A program made the translations under genes and the position numbers. A stretch of 40,308 nt of DNA. It comes from a virus. Taxonomy: Duplodnaviria > Caudoviricetes. Below the pieces are notes generated by a model that was not told the origin of the DNA, did no database searches, and saw nothing but the letters and a program-made list of their open reading frames with translations. The DNA lies in IMG/VR virus record IMGVR_UViG_3300022178_002955, positions 1 to 40,308 of that record. One strand, 5' to 3'. Numbering within the stretch: the first letter of the stretch is position 1; each line of letters opens with the position of its first letter. Shown piece by piece: positions 35,661 to 40,308 of the stretch.

Positions 35661-36155
35661 TTAGTTATGCCTAGTATTTTCTATATTGTCAAATAAATTC
35701 TCATCTTTTTTGATAAGATTTTCTGTTAAAGAATTTGTTGATTTAAAACTTTTATTCAAAGCTTCAGACCAGGTTTTGTTTGTTATACCTTCAGTTTGAA
35801 AATCTCTTCGGTGTATCTTCTTAGTTACCATCGGTATGTCTTCTACTGCCTTAAAGATAATTGATTCATCTAAAAGTGACACAAAAGCAAGTATGTCGCA
35901 GTCTTCTTTTTTGTACCATCTCTTCGGATTTGCACCCCTAGAACAACTAAAGCTAAATAAATTTTTCTTTGGTTCTGCCATATCTTCAGAAGATTTTACC
36001 TCTATCCTTTGTGAAAGTGGTAGTCCATTACCTCCAATTGCTATAACATCTGTGCCATCGTGTTTGATACTATATGCGTATATCCCCATTTTTGCTAAGA
36101 CATGCACAGTAAGAGATTCACCTGTGTGTCCTATCATTTTCATTCCATCTGCCAT
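35661..36155 (-). CDS. PD-(D/E)XK-type endonuclease; likely start 36155
   Basis: G..GE, DVIA, IEVKS, DILAFV; SD AAGGA before ATG 36155. Confidence 0.7.
   Translation of the reverse strand: MADGMKMIGHTGESLTVHVLAKMGIYAYSIKHDGTDVIAIGGNGLPLSQRIEVKSSEDMAEPKKNLFSFSCSRGANPKRWYKKEDCDILAFVSLLDESIIFKAVEDIPMVTKKIHRRDFQTEGITNKTWSEALNKSFKSTNSLTENLIKKDENLFDNIENTRHN
35664..35692 (-). promoter_or_regulatory. Sigma70 promoter
   Basis: TTGACA(35692-35687)-17-CATAAC(35669-35664). Confidence 0.55.
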
Positions 36156-36175
36156 TAGTCTTTCCTTTAGTAAAG

Positions 36176-37615
36176 TTAAATTTTTAGCCACTCGGCTACT
36201 TCTTCTCCTAATGTTTTCCCTGCTAATTTTTCTTTCTGCAGCAGAGTTTTTACGATGTGAACATCAACTGTTTTTGGTGCTATTAAATCAACATATAAAA
36301 CAGATTTATGTTGACCCATTCTATGAGCCCTATCTTCCGATTGTATTCTTGTCTCTAAATTAAAGTCGTTAGAATAATAAATCATATTAGTTGCTGCGTG
36401 TAAGGTAATACCCATGCCACCGACTTGAGGATTACCTACGAAGAATCTAGTTGTTGTATCGTTTTGAAATCTGAAGATTGCATCCTCTCTGTCTTTTTGT
36501 GAGGTGTCTCCATAATAAGTGACTGTGCTTCCCGATCCATAGGTTTTGATTAATTCTTTCTTAATCTTTTTTATGTCATGACGAAACCTAGACCATATAA
36601 TAATCTTACCTTCCATTTCTTCAATGACTTCCATCATCGTATTTATTCTATTGTTAGCTATCTCAACTATCTCTCCATCATCGTTAACTAAATAGCCACA
36701 TAATAATTGTTGAAGTCTAAGTAATCTTGTCATTACTTCGGGAGCACTAACTAAGCCACCATCCTCTAAGAAAGCAACGGCACTTTCTTTCATTGTCTTA
36801 TAGTGTTGTTGTTGAGTTGATGTTAGTTCTACATCTCTAGTAGTATATATCTTCGGTGGTAAATCTAATGCTTCTTTCTTTGTTACTCTGAAAGAAAAGT
36901 TTTTTAATTTATCGGATAGTTCATCTAAGTTTTTAAAACCAACCACTTGTTGAAAAGTATGAGCACCCATTCTTTGTTGCTTAATGATTGCATATCTACC
37001 TTGGAAAGCCCAATAGTTATCAAAGCCTAACAATGAATAACTTAGAAAAGAACATTGAGAAAATAAATCTAATGGAGACTTAGTTACAGGAGAGCCTGTA
37101 AGTATTCTCTTATACAAAGCACTTTGTCCAAACATCATTAATGCTTTTGTTCTTTTTGCTTTCGGATTCTTTATAGTTGTCGATTCATCTATAGCTAATA
37201 AGAAGTTACTTCTATGCACAAAAGATTCTAAATACTTTACTGCTTTTGTTGTGGCAAAAGATTCTATGTTTACTAATAATATTCTAAACTTATCTCTGTT
37301 CTTTACACCTTCCATTAATTCAGTCTTTTGTTTCTTATTTGCCATAGCCCTCCATATATATATGTTGGGATCAACATCATCATGTAAGTGAGTTGGTATT
37401 TCTGAATTTTTCCAATTCATATAAACACCTTTCGGTGCAACAATAATAGCCGTGTCTATTTTTTTGTTTTCGTTTAACCAGGATATATTATCTAATAAGA
37501 CTTTTGACTTGCCACAACCCATTTCCATGAAGTATGCATAATTTTTTTTGTCAAAGCTTCTCTTCAAAGCCTCCTCTTGATGAGCATACGGCTTTGTCTT
37601 GTATTTAAAATTCAT
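36176..37615 (-). CDS. SNF2-family (SF2) helicase
   Basis: EMGCGKS, IDEST, LTGSP, GMGITL, QSEDRAHRMGQ. Confidence 0.95.
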   Translation of the reverse strand: MNFKYKTKPYAHQEEALKRSFDKKNYAYFMEMGCGKSKVLLDNISWLNENKKIDTAIIVAPKGVYMNWKNSEIPTHLHDDVDPNIYIWRAMANKKQKTELMEGVKNRDKFRILLVNIESFATTKAVKYLESFVHRSNFLLAIDESTTIKNPKAKRTKALMMFGQSALYKRILTGSPVTKSPLDLFSQCSFLSYSLLGFDNYWAFQGRYAIIKQQRMGAHTFQQVVGFKNLDELSDKLKNFSFRVTKKEALDLPPKIYTTRDVELTSTQQQHYKTMKESAVAFLEDGGLVSAPEVMTRLLRLQQLLCGYLVNDDGEIVEIANNRINTMMEVIEEMEGKIIIWSRFRHDIKKIKKELIKTYGSGSTVTYYGDTSQKDREDAIFRFQNDTTTRFFVGNPQVGGMGITLHAATNMIYYSNDFNLETRIQSEDRAHRMGQHKSVLYVDLIAPKTVDVHIVKTLLQKEKLAGKTLGEEVAEWLKI

Positions 37616-37625
37616 CTTGTCCCCT

Positions 37626-38018
37626 TTACTTATATATGTCCTCTGTCCATGCTAGAGTTGATGCAGCCGAAGACCTTTCTACATATTTTTCTTTATATCT
37701 AGGTTCGGGCTTCACGGCATCGGGATGATCTGTACCTCTCCAATCTGATTCGGGTAGTTCACTTTCTTCTTCTGTTGTCAAGAAAGGTCCCCAATACCCA
37801 TTACATCCGTCTAAAGAATTACGTTTCTCTCTCTTCCACTCCTCAAGCCGTGCTATCTGGAGTATCGTTTTCATCGGTGTCCCAATCTGGCTCGAAATGG
37901 ATTGTGTATCGTGCCCCAGACTCCACATCTTTTTCGCTACTGCTACTGCTAGGTGCGGATGGTTTGGGAAAGTTGATGACGTTATCTCCACCGATAGTAT
38001 GTATTTTTTGTTTGCCAT
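37626..38018 (-). CDS. Hypothetical protein with a putative HTH
   Basis: AKKMWSLGHDTQSISSQIGTPMKTILQIARLEEW is HTH-like; start uncertain. Confidence 0.55.
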   Translation of the reverse strand: MANKKYILSVEITSSTFPNHPHLAVAVAKKMWSLGHDTQSISSQIGTPMKTILQIARLEEWKREKRNSLDGCNGYWGPFLTTEEESELPESDWRGTDHPDAVKPEPRYKEKYVERSSAASTLAWTEDIYK

Positions 38019-38034
38019 TCTTAGTGCTCTTCAT
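37843..38034 (-). CDS. Hypothetical protein (DNVINFP motif), overlapping 37626..38018
   Basis: Strong SD GAGGAGG; shares DN(V/I)I.FP with the upstream gene. Confidence 0.5.
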   Translation of the reverse strand: MKSTKNGKQKIHTIGGDNVINFPKPSAPSSSSSEKDVESGARYTIHFEPDWDTDENDTPDSTA

Positions 38035-38263
38035 ATTCTTCCTCCTCTTCTAAGCCCTGCATGATAGCGAATCTTGCATTTTCTAATGCCCACAAGACAT
38101 CGGCACTACTCTTCATTGTTGTTATCATCTGTATCTGTCCGTCTTTAGTTGATCCCATCACAACAATCTCTTCAAAAGAATGTGCAGCAAGATCGCAAAC
38201 AGCTTCAACAGGTTTCTCTGTCCTCTTTATTTTATAAGGAAACTTTATTATGTTGTCACTCAT
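38021..38263 (-). CDS. Hypothetical protein (MSDNIIKFP); start revised from 38284
   Basis: ATGA coupling at 38263; EEIVVMG..DVLWALE pattern. Confidence 0.65.
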   Translation of the reverse strand: MSDNIIKFPYKIKRTEKPVEAVCDLAAHSFEEIVVMGSTKDGQIQMITTMKSSADVLWALENARFAIMQGLEEEEEYEEH

Positions 38264-38463
38264 TTTAATTGTGCCCCTTGGCAACAGTCATCCACAATAC
38301 TGTGGCACAAGACACATTGTTCGTGTCCATGTACATTCATTGTCTGCAATGTTCCCTGACATCGGGGACATCGGGGGAGACAATGAGACTTAACTTCGGG
38401 GGTCACTTCGGGTTCTTTTTGCCATTCGTAATCTACTTCTTTAGTCATTTTGTTCTTCTCCAA
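38260..38463 (-). CDS. Small Cys-rich zinc-finger-like protein
   Basis: CPRC..HGHEQCVLC..DCCQG. Confidence 0.65.
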   Translation of the reverse strand: MEKNKMTKEVDYEWQKEPEVTPEVKSHCLPRCPRCQGTLQTMNVHGHEQCVLCHSIVDDCCQGAQLK

Positions 38464-38465
38464 AT

Positions 38466-38741
38466 TTATCCTCCTATTAATTCTTCAAGTTCGTAATCAC
38501 TTAATGTTTCCAAATAACTTGGATCATCAAATGGATCAAGAGGTTTTACTTTAGGTTTGCTTATCTTTACTTTTTCTTTTACAACAACTGTTTTTACAAC
38601 TGTTGTCTCTGTTAAAAGTTGTTCTATCGTATTAAATCTATATCCACAAGCACTACACTTACGTCTTCGTTTAATGGCAGATGTTTCTTGAGGTCTACTA
38701 TCCACAACAGATGTAGAACTATTACATTTTTCACAATTCAT
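38466..38741 (-). CDS. NrdR-like N-terminal zinc ribbon protein (no ATP-cone); start revised from 38807
   Basis: MNCEKC..VVDSR..IKRRRKCSACGYRFNTIE; SD AAGGA. Confidence 0.8.
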   Translation of the reverse strand: MNCEKCNSSTSVVDSRPQETSAIKRRRKCSACGYRFNTIEQLLTETTVVKTVVVKEKVKISKPKVKPLDPFDDPSYLETLSDYELEELIGG

Positions 38742-38748
38742 TTTTTCC

Positions 38749-38976
38749 TTATGTCCTCTCCATTGTTTTATCACATTTATATTGAATTTTATAAGGTGGT
38801 GGCACAATACTTCTTACTGCGTCTACCATCTCATGAATCCTACCCATACATTGCTCTTCAGTAATGTATCCTTTTGGGGCGATCATGTCATGAATCTCCC
38901 AACAATTTTCATCAGTTCCCGATACAGGGTACAAGGTGCAGATTAATATCATTGCTTTAAACATTTTTAAAAACAC
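38749..38976 (-). CDS. Small Cys-containing hypothetical protein
   Basis: MFKAMILIC..C..YITEEQC..YKC. Confidence 0.65.
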   Translation of the reverse strand: MFLKMFKAMILICTLYPVSGTDENCWEIHDMIAPKGYITEEQCMGRIHEMVDAVRSIVPPPYKIQYKCDKTMERT

Positions 38977-39182
38977 CCTCCATATGAAACAATAGAACTT
39001 CTTTTTTCTATTTTATATCTGTTCTTCAGTTTTTGTTTTTCTGTACTGTATTCTTTCCAACAAGATGTCGAAGTGTTGTACCTGTTTACTATTTTTGTGT
39101 CACAGATTGACTTACCTAATTCAACCCAACAGACAACTATTATTGCCTCTACCATTTTTATCCTTTCAAGATTCTTCGCCAA
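38967..39182 (-). CDS. Small Cys-containing hypothetical protein
   Basis: MVEAIIVVC..C..YNTSTSC; the true start is probably the internal Met. Confidence 0.55.
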   Translation of the reverse strand: MAKNLERIKMVEAIIVVCWVELGKSICDTKIVNRYNTSTSCWKEYSTEKQKLKNRYKIEKRSSIVSYGGCF

Positions 39183-39352
39183 TAAGTTCTTAAAGAATCT
39201 GCATAATAAGGATGACCATCTTTTTCATAATCTTTACAAACATCGTTGAGGACTGTCTCAATTTTCTGTACGGCTTGTTTCCAAGAAACATCCGATCTAA
39301 ATATAGGATCATGTTCTAATTGAGTTTCTTGTAAATGATTATCTTCCATCAT
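39158..39352 (-). CDS. Hypothetical protein
   Basis: SD AAGGAG; TATAAT just upstream. Confidence 0.65.
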   Translation of the reverse strand: MMEDNHLQETQLEHDPIFRSDVSWKQAVQKIETVLNDVCKDYEKDGHPYYADSLRTYWRRILKG

Positions 39353-39583
39353 ACTCTCCTTGTTTTCCTTTTATTATACAGATACTCCCATAAAAGTATA
39401 TAAAGTGATAGATTTCCGTAGATTTTGCCCAATAATAATTACGGCAACGAACATTCTCCTTATAAAAAACCACGAAAAGATATGTGGGTGGGTTTAATAT
39501 AAGACATCTACAGCATTTAAGCTAAACGATACTCTATCTTCGCACTAGTTTTCCAATCAAGTTGCCAACCACTTAACCAATTC

Positions 39584-39823
39584 TTATTCCTCTTTCCTGT
39601 CTTTAATTACCCTTAACAATTCATTAGCTTTGTCAAATCTATCTTTTACATCTATTGGTGGTTTTGTTTCATCACAATCATGAAAATTTAATACATTTTG
39701 TAAATCAAGCACTAAGTCAGACAAAGCAACTTCAATCACATTAATACCTAAATCATCAATACCTAATATATCCACTTTATTTTCTTCAATATAAGACCTA
39801 TATATTTTATTTCTTGCTTCCAT
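39584..39823 (-). CDS. Hypothetical protein
   Basis: SD AGGAG; TAATG coupling to the methyltransferase stop. Confidence 0.65.
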   Translation of the reverse strand: MEARNKIYRSYIEENKVDILGIDDLGINVIEVALSDLVLDLQNVLNFHDCDETKPPIDVKDRFDKANELLRVIKDRKEE

Positions 39824-40308
39824 TATAAACTCCTATTAATTGCGTTAGCTATTATCATTGCATTTTGAGGACATATGGCATTGCCTAATCCTTTAATTCT
39901 GTCCACCCTTTTGGGTAACCCATCAACCACTCTGTCCACACAGGGTTCAACTTTCCAGATGGTTTCTGGGGATCTTTGATCTTCGCACAAAGGTATGATC
40001 TCTTCTCCATGTGAATCTGACTCTTGCTCCCAACTGCTCCACAATCTTTGTACTCCGAGGCTCTTGGTGTCGGAAAACTCTCCATGTGATTCACGGCATC
40101 CCTCAACTTCACTCCCCAACGAACTCCGTCCTTGTTCTTCCTCGAGAATCTTCCGTTGTTGATCTCCACATTCGATGCCATTCCCCCCTCCACATCCGAG
40201 GCTCTCGGAGTCGGATATAGTTTGACTGTGTTGGGGTCTACTTGCTCCCTTAGATTGCTCGGTCTTTTTCTCCCCTTTCTGTGTCCATTCTGCAATTTCT
40301 TCGTTGCC
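39823..40308 (-). CDS. DNA (cytosine-5) methyltransferase, C-terminal part (frame carrying motif X); truncated by the window
   Basis: W.VEP.V.RVVDGLPKRVDRIKGLGNAICPQ; frame open from 40308 by hand translation. Confidence 0.8.
   Translation of the reverse strand, partial: GNEEIAEWTQKGEKKTEQSKGASRPQHSQTISDSESLGCGGGNGIECGDQQRKILEEEQGRSSLGSEVEGCRESHGEFSDTKSLGVQRLWSSWEQESDSHGEEIIPLCEDQRSPETIWKVEPCVDRVVDGLPKRVDRIKGLGNAICPQNAMIIANAINRSL
39885..40307 (-). CDS. Alternative-frame methyltransferase polypeptide (PTP repeats plus motif IX-like); truncated
   Basis: YPTPRASD, FPTPRASE, GKLNPVWTEWLMGYPKGWT; frame open to the window end. Confidence 0.75.
   Translation of the reverse strand, partial: ATKKLQNGHRKGRKRPSNLREQVDPNTVKLYPTPRASDVEGGMASNVEINNGRFSRKNKDGVRWGVKLRDAVNHMESFPTPRASEYKDCGAVGSKSQIHMEKRSYLCAKIKDPQKPSGKLNPVWTEWLMGYPKGWTELKD

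Noticed and set aside
28217-40220. Plus-strand ORFs opposite the replication genes (for example 28217..28624, 35836..36363)
   Set aside because: Shadow ORFs of well-supported minus-strand genes.
1-40308. tRNA, integrase, terminase, portal, RNA polymerase or stop-codon recoding
   Set aside because: None recognised; genes tile cleanly in the standard code, and packaging genes presumably lie outside the window.

Overview
About 40 kb of an AT-rich (roughly 35% GC by eye) tailed dsDNA phage genome, podovirus-like and probably marine with an alphaproteobacterial host (inferred from DUF1127, DUF1289 and promoter style). The + strand (1-28036) carries morphogenesis genes: the major capsid C-terminus, a cluster of small very basic proteins, two head-tail adaptors, a highly modular tail-fibre/receptor-binding region (about 5-16 kb), a tail stabilisation/nozzle protein, four putative ejection proteins, an M15 peptidase endolysin and small accessory genes. 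The - strand (28033-40308) carries replication and early genes: family A DNA polymerase (Leu762 type), UvrD helicase, AEP primase, SSB, a PD-(D/E)XK nuclease, SNF2 helicase, small Zn/HTH proteins and the 3' end of a C5-cytosine methyltransferase written in two overlapping frames. The most unusual signals are: (1) two triplets of diverged paralogous fibre-tip genes joined by a conserved 15-17 nt GGAGAC..GCAT(G/AAT)A/G junction, a possible heterotrimeric or shufflable receptor-binding system; (2) the dual-frame methyltransferase; (3) a DUF1127 gene with an apparent LysR-box promoter; (4) candidate RBS-sequestering RNA structures ahead of the post-capsid gene and the primase. No tRNA, CRISPR, integrase or reverse transcriptase was seen. 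All family assignments come from motif recognition by eye, not database searches.
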